Shown here one piece after another: positions 35,133 to 48,719 of a DNA stretch of 64,000 nucleotides (position 1 is the stretch's first letter; every line of letters starts with the position of its first letter). Both the position numbers and the translations under genes were made by a program. The notes under the pieces are model-generated. The model did not search any database and was not told the DNA's origin. It saw only the letters and a program-made list of their open reading frames with translations. The stretch is from contig CAVVPN010000012.1 in the NCBI GenBank assembly GCA_963750165.1, positions 288,001 to 352,000 of the forward strand, written 5' to 3'. The stretch comes from an uncultured Gemmataceae bacterium. Lineage in GTDB: Bacteria; Planctomycetota; Planctomycetia; Gemmatales; Gemmataceae.

Positions 35133-35145
35133 GACCGATCCCTGG

Positions 35146-38847
<3,702 letters not shown>

Positions 38848-39247
38848 GGTGTAGGCTCCTCCCAGAAGGGACAAGAAACCCCGCGACCGGGGGCCGGCGG
38901 TGCTGCGGTCAGCGCCGCCCGGTCGTCAGCGCGCACGGCTGCGGGGATGGATTGCGGTATTCACAAGGTTGAGCAATGACAGTCGGGAAAACCACCGGTT
39001 CCGGCACGGAGCTTTCCTCAGGCGCGCAGCGATCCAGGTTCCACCCGACTCCCTTACGGAAGTTGGGTGGAACCTGGCGTCGGTAGCACGGATGTTGTGC
39101 GGCGTCGTTCACTGGCATCTACATTCTACCCACGGCGTCAATGCCGTGGATCAGAGAACCCAACGTCCGCTGGTCGTCTACGGGCCACGGCGGTCATGGC
39201 CGTGGGAGGGGCGGCCGCTCCTGGCGCCCGGTGGGGCACGCCGCTGG

Positions 39248-39664
39248 TTACTTCAGGCTGACCTTGGCGCCTGCGTCTTCCAGCTGCTTCTTGAACTTCT
39301 CGGCGTCTTCCTTGGAGATGTTCTCCTTGATCGCCTTGGGGGCGCCCTCGACGGCGTCCTTGGCCTCTTTCAGGCCCAGGCCGGTGATCTCGCGGACCAC
39401 CTTGATGACGGTGATCTTCTTGGCCGCGTCGAAGCCGTCCAGCTGGACCGTGAACTCGGTCTTCACTTCCGGCGCCGCGGCGGGTGCGGCCGCGGCGGTC
39501 GGGGCCATCATCATGCCACCGCCGCCACCGGCGGCGGGTTTGATTTTGTGGACCTCTTCGAGATAATCGCCGAGTTCGACGGCCTTGGAGACGGTAAGGG
39601 CCGCGATTTTGTCGCCGATGTCCTTGATGTCCGCCGACCAGGCGCGGCCATTGCCTTCAGCCAT
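39248..39664 (-). CDS. rplL: 50S ribosomal protein L7/L12
   Basis: [24 protein letters not shown]. Confidence 0.98.
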   Translation of the reverse strand: MAEGNGRAWSADIKDIGDKIAALTVSKAVELGDYLEEVHKIKPAAGGGGGMMMAPTAAAAPAAAPEVKTEFTVQLDGFDAAKKITVIKVVREITGLGLKEAKDAVEGAPKAIKENISKEDAEKFKKQLEDAGAKVSLK

Positions 39665-39856
39665 TGCGTTGTCCTTTCTGAGTGTCGTGACCGCCTTCGG
39701 CCTCAGGGCCGGAGGGATTTATCAACCAAGCCGTGCCGTCGGAAGCGCGACGGCGGGTGCGTAATAGCCGAATGTTAAAAGGACACCGCAGGGCGTCCGG
39801 ATGTTCGCGTCAGGCGTAGACTGTCATTGTAGCAACTGGGGGCAAGGGGGCAACGT

Positions 39857-39929
39857 CTTCGTTCGTAGCATCGCCTTCAGGCGGAATCTGGCGCTCTGAT
39901 TCCGCCTGAAGGCGGTACTGCGAACGAAG
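39857..39929. repeat. REP-like palindrome between rplJ and rplL
   Basis: cttcgttcgtagcatcgccttcaggcggaatc...gattccgcctgaaggcggtactgcgaacgaag. Confidence 0.8.
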
Positions 39930-39934
39930 GCACC

Positions 39935-40510
39935 TCACGCCGGCGGCGCCTCCGGGGCGGCCTCGGGTGCCGCTGCGGCGGGGGCGGCTTCGTCCTCTTT
40001 TTTCTCGCTGATCGTCTTGATCTGGCTGGCGACCGCCGCCGCCGGGCCCTTGATCTGACTGATCAAACGGCCGGCCGGGGCCAGCGCCAGCATGACAACG
40101 CGGCCGAGGGCCTGGGCCCGGGTCGGCATCTTCTTGGCCTGCTCGAACGTCACCGGTTGGCCGTCCGAAATGGCGTTCTTGAACTGGTACTTCTCCTTGT
40201 TCTTGTCGCCGGTCTTCTTGAACTCATCCTCGAGTTCCTTGCTCAGGTCGGACAGGCTGGTGCTGCCCCAGGCGACCATCGTCGGCCCTTCCCAGACCGG
40301 GCCGGCTTCCAGGCCCATTTCGCCGAAGACGCGCCGGGCCAGGCTGTTCTTGACCACCTGCAACCGGATGTTCTTCTTGCGCAGCGTCAGCCGCAGGGCG
40401 TTCTCCGTCTGCGCCGGCAGGCCCTGGACGCTCAGGACCACCAGGTCGCGCACCTCGTGGAAGGTGCGCTTCAGCGAGTCCATTTCAAACTGCTTGATTT
40501 TCTTGCTCAT
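39935..40510 (-). CDS. rplJ: 50S ribosomal protein L10
   Basis: LR...VVKNSLARR...EGPT; operon position. Confidence 0.95.
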   Translation of the reverse strand: MSKKIKQFEMDSLKRTFHEVRDLVVLSVQGLPAQTENALRLTLRKKNIRLQVVKNSLARRVFGEMGLEAGPVWEGPTMVAWGSTSLSDLSKELEDEFKKTGDKNKEKYQFKNAISDGQPVTFEQAKKMPTRAQALGRVVMLALAPAGRLISQIKGPAAAVASQIKTISEKKEDEAAPAAAAPEAAPEAPPA

Positions 40511-40530
40511 GGTGTCGTTTCACTCAAAAT

Positions 40531-40588
40531 GAGCGGGGTCGCGTCAGCGCCCCGTGAACGTTCACGGGGCGCTGACGCGACCCCGCTC
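40531..40588. repeat. Perfect 58-bp palindrome between rplA and rplJ
   Basis: gagcggggtcgcgtcagcgccccgtgaac|gttcacggggcgctgacgcgaccccgctc. Confidence 0.9.
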
Positions 40589-40607
40589 GTGAGGACGAAA
40601 ACCTGGA

Positions 40608-41546
40608 TTACATCGCCACCGGGATGCCCGGGCTCATGGTCGCGGACAGCGTGATCGAATGGATGTAGTTGCCCTTGACGCCGGCCGGCTTGGCGTGGCG
40701 GATCTGGTCCACAAAGGCATGGACGTTCTGAACGAGCTTCTCCTCGTCGAAGCTCATCTTGCCGACGCCGGCGTGAACGTTGCCGCCCTTGTCGGTGCGA
40801 TACTCGACCTTGCCCGCCTTGAACTCCTGGACGGAGTTGGTCACGTCGCCGGTGATGACCGTACCGGCCTTGGGCGTCGGCATCAAACCGCGCGGACCGA
40901 GCACCTTACCGAGCCGGCTGACCTTGCCCATCAGATCCTGCGTCGCCAGCGCCACGTCGAACTCGGTCCAGCCTTCCTTCTGAATCTTCTCGATGAGTTC
41001 GTCGGCGCCGGCGTAGTCGGCGCCTGCCTCCTTGGCCTTGCCGACGTTGTCGCCCTGGCAGAAGACGAGCACACGCACCGACTTGCCGATGCCGTTGGGC
41101 AGCGACACGGTGCCGCGCACCAGCTGGTCGCTCTGCGTCACATCCACGCCCAGCGACATGTGGATTTCGACCGTCTCGTCGAACTTGGCGCGCTTCATCT
41201 GCTTGAGCAGCGTGATGGCGCGCTTGAGCGGCACGGCGCCTTCCTTGGCGACCTTCTGCCGCTGGTTTTTGATATGGTTGCGGAGCTTCTTGCCGCGCTT
41301 CGGACTGATACCGGGACGCTTGCCCTTCTTCTTGGTCGATTCGGTCGGCGCGGCACCGGGGGCTGCCGGCGCTGCGGCGGCGGGCGGCGCCTCGGCGGCG
41401 GGCGCCGCCGGGCTGGCTTTATTGCCAGCGTCCTTGGCCCTGGGCTCGCGCGGCTTCTTTTCCTTGGGCGCGGCGGCGGCGTCACCCGCGGCGGCGGCCG
41501 GCTGGGGGGCTTCGGCCCCGGCGTCCGGACTTTGCTTCTTTGCCAT
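40608..41546 (-). CDS. rplA: 50S ribosomal protein L1 with an Ala/Pro/Lys-rich N-terminal extension
   Basis: [22 protein letters not shown]. Confidence 0.98.
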   Translation of the reverse strand: MAKKQSPDAGAEAPQPAAAAGDAAAAPKEKKPREPRAKDAGNKASPAAPAAEAPPAAAAPAAPGAAPTESTKKKGKRPGISPKRGKKLRNHIKNQRQKVAKEGAVPLKRAITLLKQMKRAKFDETVEIHMSLGVDVTQSDQLVRGTVSLPNGIGKSVRVLVFCQGDNVGKAKEAGADYAGADELIEKIQKEGWTEFDVALATQDLMGKVSRLGKVLGPRGLMPTPKAGTVITGDVTNSVQEFKAGKVEYRTDKGGNVHAGVGKMSFDEEKLVQNVHAFVDQIRHAKPAGVKGNYIHSITLSATMSPGIPVAM

Positions 41547-41566
41547 GATGAGGTCTCGCGTAAATG

Positions 41567-41656
41567 CGTGGGGCAGACATTCCTGTCTGCCTCTTAACGT
41601 GGGGCAGACAGGAATGTCTGCCGTGGCTCCTGGCAGACAGGAATGCCTGCCCCACG
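41567..41656. repeat. REP-like repeat trio between rplK and rplA
   Basis: ggcagacattcctgtctgcc / ggcagacaggaatgtctgcc units. Confidence 0.8.
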
Positions 41657-41663
41657 AAAATTG

Positions 41664-42128
41664 TTACCCTTCCACCGTGATGCCCATGCTGCGGGCGGTG
41701 CCCTCGATGATGCGGACGGCGTGGTCCTCGTCGCGGGCGTTGAGGTCGGCGAACTTGCGCTTGGCGATCTCGCGCACCTTGGCGGCGGGCACCTTGAAGC
41801 CCTTGTACTTGCCGCTCTGCTTCACCTTCTCTTCGCTGGGGATGACCTCGCCGCCCTTCTTCTTTTCGAGCGGGATGCCGGCCGCCTGCTTGAGCAGCAC
41901 CGCCGCGGGTGGGCTCTTGATCTCGAAGGTGAAACTGCGGTCGTTGAAGACCGTGATGACCACCGGCACCGTGATGCCGCGCTGGTCCTTGGTGCGGTCG
42001 TTGAACTGCGTCACGAACGCGCCGATGTTGACGCCGTGTTGACCCAGCGCCGGGCCGACCGGCGGGGCCGGCGTGGCGCTGCCGCCGGGACATTGCAGGC
42101 GGATCTGGGCGGTGACTACCTTGGCCAT
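41664..42128 (-). CDS. rplK: 50S ribosomal protein L11
   Basis: [26 protein letters not shown]. Confidence 0.98.
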   Translation of the reverse strand: MAKVVTAQIRLQCPGGSATPAPPVGPALGQHGVNIGAFVTQFNDRTKDQRGITVPVVITVFNDRSFTFEIKSPPAAVLLKQAAGIPLEKKKGGEVIPSEEKVKQSGKYKGFKVPAAKVREIAKRKFADLNARDEDHAVRIIEGTARSMGITVEG

Positions 42129-42146
42129 TGGTCGCTAACCCTTCCT

Positions 42147-43067
42147 TTATTGCTCTTCGACTTGCCAGTATTCCAGCTCGACCGGCACCGGCCGCCCGAA
42201 AATCGTCAACTCCACGCGCACCGAATTCTTGGCTTCCAGGATGTCCTTGATCTCGCCTTCCATGGTGGCGAAGGTGCCGTCGCGTACCTTCACCCGGTCG
42301 CCGACGTTAAACTTGTGCTTGTGCTCGACCGTGGGCGCCGCGCCGGGCTTGCCCATCATCTTCTCGACCTCGTGCGGCTTCATCGGCTGCGGCGGCTTGT
42401 CGATCCTGCCGCCGACGAAATCGCCGACGCCGGAGGTCTCGCGGAACAGGTACAGGATGCGGTCGTTGTACTCCACGTTGGCCATGATGTAGCCGGGGTA
42501 GAGCTTGCGCGTCTTGACGTAGCGCTTGCCGTTGCGTACCTCCGTAACCTTCTCCACCGGAATGAGGATTTCGCCGTAATACTCCTCCAGGCCTTCGATC
42601 TTGACGCGCCGCTCGATGGCGTCCTTGATCGACTCCTCACGGCCGCTCTGCACCTTGACGACGTACCAGTGTTTGTTGTCTTCCTTCGGCTCCTCCGCGG
42701 CCGGCGCCGCCTCGGGCTCGGCCTCCGCCACCGGCTCGGGTTCCGTGTGCTCAGTCTGCGCCGGTGCCGCGGCGACCACGGGTTCCGGTTCCGGCTCGGG
42801 CTCCGGGATGGGCGGTTGTTCAGCCACGGGCTCCGGGGTCGGGGCCGCAGGTTCCGGCGCTGCCGCGGGTTCCGGCGGATGCTCGGCGGTCTCGGGCTGG
42901 GGTTCCGCGGGGTGTCCAACCTCCGACGATAGTTCCGGGGGCGTGGCGACATCGGCAGTGGGCGGTTCCGTGGGCGGCGGTGGGGGTACGGTTTCGCTGA
43001 CCAGCGCCGGGGCAACGGGCGGCTGGCCTGCTTCGGTGGAAACAGGGGTTGAGACAGCTTCGCTCAT
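42147..43067 (-). CDS. nusG: Transcription factor NusG with a long Pro/Glu/Ala-rich N-terminal extension
   Basis: WYVVKVQSGRE, YPGY, KOW VGDRVKVRDG, IFGRPVPVEL. Confidence 0.96.
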   Translation of the reverse strand: MSEAVSTPVSTEAGQPPVAPALVSETVPPPPPTEPPTADVATPPELSSEVGHPAEPQPETAEHPPEPAAAPEPAAPTPEPVAEQPPIPEPEPEPEPVVAAAPAQTEHTEPEPVAEAEPEAAPAAEEPKEDNKHWYVVKVQSGREESIKDAIERRVKIEGLEEYYGEILIPVEKVTEVRNGKRYVKTRKLYPGYIMANVEYNDRILYLFRETSGVGDFVGGRIDKPPQPMKPHEVEKMMGKPGAAPTVEHKHKFNVGDRVKVRDGTFATMEGEIKDILEAKNSVRVELTIFGRPVPVELEYWQVEEQ

Positions 43068-43106
43068 GGGATGATTTCCCGTCCAGGGCGGCGTGGCAGG
43101 CGGCAA

Positions 43107-44084
43107 CTACCAGGAGGCCTGGTTGTTTTGCTTGGCCCGTTCTTCCAGTGGGTTGTGGACGAGCACGCGCACCGCCGGGTTGCTCAGCACGAGCACCCAG
43201 AGGATGTCCACCACAAACAGGAAGACCGTCAACAGGAAGACGGTGATCAGCACGACCACGGTGTCCTGCACGAGTTTCTTGCGCGTCGTCCAGGAGACCT
43301 TGTTCATCTCGGCCTCGGTCGCGATCAGGAAGTCCGCGAACACGGGCCAGTTGACGATCCGAACTGCCAGCCAGACGCCTGCCGCCGCGATCAGCAAGAG
43401 AGCATTGATATTCAGCCGATACATGATCGGCAAGACCTTGTCTTGCAGGAAAGGCACGGCGATTTCCCAGTTGCCCCCGCCGAGCGTGCGGTGCTGCACC
43501 AGCACGTACAGGCCGCAGGCGACGATCACCAGAATGCCGACGACCGTGCCGCGGCGGACGCGCACGCCCTGGTTGGGCTTGAAGCCGGACACGTCAAACC
43601 AGCCGTTATCCTCCAGCCGGCCGAACAACATACCGGTGGCGGGCCGGGTGTAGAGCCAGTACAGGCCGTAGAGCAGGCCGCCGGCCAGCAGTGCCATGAC
43701 GACAACGATGATCGGCGTGTCCAGCACGGCGTTTCTCATGGCATTGCCGACCGCGAAGATAACGATCAGGCCGACGAACAGAACCACCGCCCCGAAGGTG
43801 GCGCCGGCGCGGAGGCCACGCCGCGGCTGCGAGCCGAGCAGGCGGTGCCCGAGGAACACCAGACCGACGGCCGTGGGCACGGTGACGACCAGGAGCAGGG
43901 CGTCGGCCAGGAATTCGTTGAGGACGCTGGGCGGAAACAGTTCCCGCCACAGGCTCGGCAAGCCGGAGAACACCAGGCCGAAGGCGAACAGGACGTACAG
44001 AGCCCCGAGCAGGGCCCCGACCGCCAGTTGCTGCTGGGGGCTGCGCGACACGGTTTCCGGGGTGGGTTTTTCCGCCACAGCCAT
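43107..44084 (-). CDS. secE: Preprotein translocase SecE, extended multi-TM form
   Basis: FLIATEAEMNKVSW core; located between tRNA-Trp and nusG. Confidence 0.92.
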   Translation of the reverse strand: MAVAEKPTPETVSRSPQQQLAVGALLGALYVLFAFGLVFSGLPSLWRELFPPSVLNEFLADALLLVVTVPTAVGLVFLGHRLLGSQPRRGLRAGATFGAVVLFVGLIVIFAVGNAMRNAVLDTPIIVVVMALLAGGLLYGLYWLYTRPATGMLFGRLEDNGWFDVSGFKPNQGVRVRRGTVVGILVIVACGLYVLVQHRTLGGGNWEIAVPFLQDKVLPIMYRLNINALLLIAAAGVWLAVRIVNWPVFADFLIATEAEMNKVSWTTRKKLVQDTVVVLITVFLLTVFLFVVDILWVLVLSNPAVRVLVHNPLEERAKQNNQASW

Positions 44085-44194
44085 GGCTATTCCTTACGTG
44101 AAAGATTTTCGATGGTCGGTTGGCGCCGCGGGCGCGTCCCTGGCCCACAGAACATTGGATCCCACGTCAATCGAAAATCGTTGCGAACGCTCAA

Positions 44195-44267
44195 CAGGGG
44201 CGGAGCGACTCGAACGCTCAACCGCTGGTTTTGGAGACCAGTGCTCTACCAATTGAGCTACACCCCT
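44195..44267 (-). tRNA. tRNA-Trp(CCA)
   Basis: AGGGGTGTAGCTCAATTGGTAGAGCACTGGTCTCCAAAACCAG...GTTCGAGTC...CCCCTG. Confidence 0.97.
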
Positions 44268-44280
44268 CCGCACTCCGTAG

Positions 44281-44369
44281 CCATTAGTCATTGGTCATTA
44301 GTGACCTGGGTTCCCGCCAAGGGCAGGGGTCCGGGTTCCTAATGACTAATGACCAATGACTAATGACTA
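44281..44369. repeat. Inverted heptamer tandem repeats (CATTAGT / ACTAATG)
   Basis: cattagtcattggtcattag ... ctaatgactaatgaccaatgactaatgact. Confidence 0.8.
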
Positions 44370-44519
44370 CTTCTTCCGCGATTCCTTGTGCGCCGTGTGC
44401 TTGCGTTCCTTGCGGCAGAACTTTTTCAGCGCGAGCCGCTCGGCGCCGCGCGTCTCCTTTTGGGTGCGGTAGTTGCGCGCCCCGCAGACGGAGCACTCCA
44501 GCCAAACGTATTCTCGCAT
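44367..44519 (-). CDS. rpmG: 50S ribosomal protein L33
   Basis: [21 protein letters not shown]...[16 protein letters not shown]; too short for the ORF track. Confidence 0.96.
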   Translation of the reverse strand: MREYVWLECSVCGARNYRTQKETRGAERLALKKFCRKERKHTAHKESRKK

Positions 44520-44601
44520 GATGGTTCAAAGCCCGCTATCCGGAGTCCCTTATCCGCGGCCCGCTGCAACCAACAACGGGCCACGGATAACGGACCACGG
44601 A

Positions 44602-45814
44602 CTAGGTCAAAATCTTGGTCACAACGCCCGAGCCGACAGTGCGGCCGCCCTCGCGGATGGCGAAGCGCAGGCCCTCGTCCATGGCAATCGGCTGCTCGGG
44701 CAGCAACTCGACGGTCATCTTGATGTTGTCGCCCGGCATGCACATCTCGACGCCCTCGGGCAGCGTGGCGCTGCCGGTCACGTCGGTGGTGCGGAAGTAG
44801 AACTGCGGCTTGTAGCCGGAGAAGAACGGCGTGTGACGACCGCCTTCCTCCTTGCTCAGCACGTAGACCTCCGCCTCGAACTTGGTGTGCGGCGTAATCG
44901 AACCGGGCTTGGCCAGCACCTGGCCGCGCTCCAGATCGTTGCGCTCGATGCCGCGCAGCAGCACGCCGACGTTGTCGCCAGCCATGCCGTACTCCAGCGA
45001 CTTGTTGAACATCTCGACGCCGGTAACGGTCGTCTTGCGCAGGCGCCTTCATCAGGCCGACGATCTCGACTTCGTCGCCGACCTTGCAGCGGCCGCGCTC
45101 GATACGGCCGGTGCCCACGGTACCGCGGCCCTTGATCGAGAACACGTCCTCGATCGACATGAGGAAGGGCTTGTCCTCCTCGCGTTTCGGATCGGGGATG
45201 TAGCTGTCCAGGGCGTCCATCAGGTCGTCGATGGGCTTGCAGGCAACGTCGTCCTTGCCCTTGCTGTCGTAGGCCGCGCACGACTGACCACGAATGATCG
45301 GCACGTTGTCGCCGTCGAACTCGTACTTGCTGAGCAGCTCGCGCAGTTCCATCTCGACCAGTTCGAGCAACTCGGGGTCATCGACGAGATCGACCTTGTT
45401 GAGGAAGACGACGATCCGGGGCACGCCGACCTGACGGGCGAGCAGGATGTGCTCGCGGGTCTGCGGCATGGGGCCGTCGTCGGCGGCGACGACGAGGATG
45501 GCGCCGTCCATCTGAGCGGCGCCGGTGATCATGTTCTTGATGTAATCGGCGTGACCGGGGCAGTCGATGTGCGCGTAGTGGCGCTTGGCCGTCTCGTACT
45601 CGACGTGGGCCACGGCGATGGTGACGGTCTTGTTCTCGTCGCGCACCGTACCGCCCTTGGCGATTTCGCTGTATTCCTTGACCTTCGCCAGCTTGTTCTT
45701 GTAACCCTGGCGCTGCACGATCGCCGCGGTCAAGGTGGTCTTGCCGTGGTCGATGTGACCGATGGTGCCGACATTGACGTGCGGCTTGTCACGCGTGAAG
45801 ACTTCCTTAGCCAT
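44602..45814 (-). CDS. tuf: Elongation factor Tu (apparent +1 indel near 45040)
   Basis: [32 protein letters not shown]. Confidence 0.98.
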
Positions 45815-45892
45815 CGTTCCTCCGCAACTTTCAAATCTAAGGTGTACCGTTGGGGTTGGGTACGCGAACGTCTTAACGTAAATCCTTGCCAG

Positions 45893-45964
45893 AGCTGCTG
45901 TTGGGGGTTGAACCCAAGACCTCCTCATTACCAATGAGGTGCTCTACCACTGAGCTACAGCAGC
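45893..45964 (-). tRNA. tRNA-Thr(GGT)
   Basis: GCTGCTGTAGCTCAGTGGTAGAGCACCTCATTGGTAATGAGG...GGTTCAACCC. Confidence 0.96.
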
Positions 45965-46090
45965 GATTTCGCGTGGTTCTGCTTCCTCTGCCACGTTCTC
46001 ATTCGATGGCAGGTTGCACAAACCACGTCACACTTGGCGATCTCGGCCAATGCAGCGGGAACAGCGTTTAAGCAGACTTCCGTCCATAAA

Positions 46091-46163
46091 AGCGGGCGAA
46101 GGGACTCGAACCCTCAACGGCTAGCTTGGAAGGCTAGCGCTCTACCAATTGAGCTACACCCGC
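46091..46163 (-). tRNA. tRNA-Gly(TCC)
   Basis: GCGGGTGTAGCTCAATTGGTAGAGCGCTAGCCTTCCAAGCTAG...GTTCGAGTCC. Confidence 0.97.
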
Positions 46164-46177
46164 GATAGATAAATAAG

Positions 46178-46261
46178 TGGGCCGGGCAGGATTCGAACCT
46201 GCGTAGCACGTAGTGCGTCAGATTTACAGTCTGATGCCATTGGCCGCTCGGCCACCGACCC
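46178..46261 (-). tRNA. tRNA-Tyr(GTA)
   Basis: GGGTCGGTGGCCGAGCGGCCAATGGCATCAGACTGTAAATCTGA with a long variable arm. Confidence 0.97.
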
Positions 46262-46283
46262 GTGTGTCTCCTTGCGTCCAGGA

Positions 46284-46355
46284 AGCTCCCGGAGGGAGTC
46301 GAACCCACAACCTACGCTTTACAAAAGCGTTGCTCTACCATTGAGCTACGGGAGC
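46284..46355 (-). tRNA. tRNA-Thr(TGT)
   Basis: GCTCCCGTAGCTCAATGGTAGAGCAACGCTTTTGTAAAGCGT...GTTCGACTCC. Confidence 0.95.
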
Positions 46356-46377
46356 GCAGCCGGCGCACAAAAACGTC

Positions 46378-46406
46378 AGTATAGGAGTCCGGCACGACCG
46401 TTGCAA
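46378..46406 (-). promoter_or_regulatory. Sigma70 promoter of the tRNA-tuf operon
   Basis: TTGCAA - 17 bp - TATACT on the minus strand, 22 bp upstream of the first tRNA. Confidence 0.85.
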
Positions 46407-46629
46407 GTCGTTTTTCCCCTACCTTCGCCACAACCCCTTCCTGCGCCAACTTCGAGCGTTCGTTCGTGTCCCGGCGCCGGCCTCCTTTTCTCGACACGGC
46501 CGCCCGAACCTGGGTTCGGCCCCGTCCGGACAACCCGCACTTTTGTACAAATGCCCACACCAGCCGGGACGAACAGAAGGTAGAGGCCCCCTTCGGCGTT
46601 CCGCCCCCGGGCCGTCTGCGAGGGCTGTC

Positions 46630-47769
46630 ATGAACGAACCAACCCTGCTCATCCCAACCGCCATCGCCGCCAGCATGTTCGCCGGCGTGCTGTTGGCCCT
46701 GCTACCGCGGTTGCCCGGCCTGGTGGCGCCGCAGCTGGGCCGCACGGAGGCGCGCTGGCCCGCCGGGCGGGCAGTCACCCTGCTAGCATTGGTTTTGATG
46801 ATGCTAGTCGCGGGGGTGGGGATCGACAAGTGGGGCGTTCGACAGGTGTTGCTGTCCGGCTTGTTGACGGCCCTGCTTGGGTTGGCCCTGCTCGAACGCT
46901 GCCGCACCAAACCGCTGGCGGCGCTGGCGTGCGCGCTCTGCGGTAGCGCTTCTGGGGCAGTGGTTGTCGCTACCATCCTTCTCGGTTCCAAGAAATTCTA
47001 CGCAGATCACACCGCGGCGTCCACCAACCTCACCTTCGTCTTCCTCACGGGTGGGATGATGGTGACGCCCGGCCTCACCGACTGGCTGACACGGCGGGTC
47101 GGCATTGGCCGGGCGCTACCGCTGCTGGCGCTGCTCGGGCTGGTCCCGGCGACCCTGGCGTGCTTCACACCCGTCAGCGCCTATCCCACCGTGCAGGCGG
47201 AGGAGCACCTCAGCCGGCTGGCGGGTGATCGGCACCTGTGGCTGCTGGCCGGCGGCGTGGTGTGCTACCAGGCCATTGCGGCGTCGCTGCCGGGCTGGAG
47301 CGGCGCCTACGAAAATGAGATGGGGCTGTCGCGGCGGCGGCTCGGCTTTGGGCTGCTGCTCAACCCGGGGCTGTGGTTCATGGTCGGGCAGGTGGCGGCG
47401 ATCCATTGGGTGCCGCCCGACTGGGAACCGGGCATGCTCGCGCTGCTGGCGATCTGTCTGGCCATCCTGATCGGCAACACACTCGGCAACGACCGACCGC
47501 TGAGCGGCATCCTCGGCCTGGTGGTGGCGTTCGCCTGCATCGGGCCGCTGCTGCCGACGCTGCTGGGCCTGGCCGTCAGCCGCTACGCCCAGGGGCAGGC
47601 GACGGTGCTGGGGGCGCTGCTGGCGGTCAACGCGACGGCGGCGGCGCTGCTGGCGCCGACCGGCACCCCAGGGACCGGGCGCGTCCCCGACCGGGTGCCG
47701 GTGCGGCTGTGCCTGAGCGGCGTGCTGCTGCTGGCGCTGATCGCGCTGGCGCTGGGGCTGCTGCGCTGA
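46630..47769 (+). CDS. MFS-like membrane transporter
   Basis: About 12 hydrophobic segments; GVGIDKWGVR motif-A-like loop. Confidence 0.75.
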   Translation: MNEPTLLIPTAIAASMFAGVLLALLPRLPGLVAPQLGRTEARWPAGRAVTLLALVLMMLVAGVGIDKWGVRQVLLSGLLTALLGLALLERCRTKPLAALACALCGSASGAVVVATILLGSKKFYADHTAASTNLTFVFLTGGMMVTPGLTDWLTRRVGIGRALPLLALLGLVPATLACFTPVSAYPTVQAEEHLSRLAGDRHLWLLAGGVVCYQAIAASLPGWSGAYENEMGLSRRRLGFGLLLNPGLWFMVGQVAAIHWVPPDWEPGMLALLAICLAILIGNTLGNDRPLSGILGLVVAFACIGPLLPTLLGLAVSRYAQGQATVLGALLAVNATAAALLAPTGTPGTGRVPDRVPVRLCLSGVLLLALIALALGLLR

Positions 47770-47857
47770 GCATGCGAACGATCAAGTTTGGTCAAGCCCG
47801 CCCCGTGCCGCGGTCGATGGAGAAAAAGTATCCACCCACGGCGCGAGACCGCTCACC

Positions 47858-48697
47858 ATGTACGAAACGCGATTCGGCCTGCAGCTGCGGCCCTTCGCCG
47901 CCACGCCGGACAGTGCCGGCTATTATCCTGCGACCAGCCATGAACACGCCCTGGCGCGTCTGCGGCACGGCCTGCAGGGCGGCGCCGGCCTGGCGCTGCT
48001 AACCGGGCCGGCCGGCAGCGGCAAAACGCTCCTCGGCCATGTGCTGCTGGAGCAACTCGGCGCCAACGTGAGCAGCGCCTTCATCACCAACACCCACCTG
48101 AACGACCGGATCGACCTGTTCCAGGCGCTGCTGTTCGACCTGGGGCTGCCGCACGAGGGCGGTCGCGAGCAGGTGCTACGGTTGCGGCTGACGGACTTCC
48201 TGCTGCGCAACTTCGCGGCCGGCCGGCGGGCGGTGCTGCTCATCGACGAGGCGCAGCACCTGTCCGCGGACCTGCTGGAGGAACTGCGGCTGCTGGGCAA
48301 CCTGGAGGCCGGCGCCGGCAAGGCGGTTCAGGTGGTGCTGATCGGCCAGGAAGCGCTGGCGGAGCGGCTGGGCCAGCCGGAACTGGCGGCGCTGCAGCAG
48401 CGTCTGACGGTGCGGGCCCACCTGGACGCGCTCGCCGCGGAAGAGGCGGCGGATTACCTGCGTCACCAGATCCGCCGCGCCGGTGGTCAGCCGGAACTGC
48501 TGTTCAGCGACGAGGCGCTGACCCTGCTGGGCCGCCAGACGCACGGACTGCCCCGGCTGCTGAACCACGCCGGCCAGCAGGCGCTGGAGCTGGCCGACGC
48601 TGCCGAGGCCACGCAGGTGGATTTCGAGGTCGCCCTGGAGGCGCTGGCAGCGCTGGGGCTGATGGCCGAAGCGGGCGAGGTGGACGCGGCCGCCTGA
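47858..48697 (+). CDS. ExeA/GspA-family AAA ATPase
   Basis: YETRFGL..RPF, TGPAGSGKT, LLIDEAQHL, LEELRLL, VLIGQ, GLPRLLN. Confidence 0.92.
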   Translation: MYETRFGLQLRPFAATPDSAGYYPATSHEHALARLRHGLQGGAGLALLTGPAGSGKTLLGHVLLEQLGANVSSAFITNTHLNDRIDLFQALLFDLGLPHEGGREQVLRLRLTDFLLRNFAAGRRAVLLIDEAQHLSADLLEELRLLGNLEAGAGKAVQVVLIGQEALAERLGQPELAALQQRLTVRAHLDALAAEEAADYLRHQIRRAGGQPELLFSDEALTLLGRQTHGLPRLLNHAGQQALELADAAEATQVDFEVALEALAALGLMAEAGEVDAAA

Positions 48698-48719
48698 TGG
48701 CCGTGCAGGAGACGCGAAC

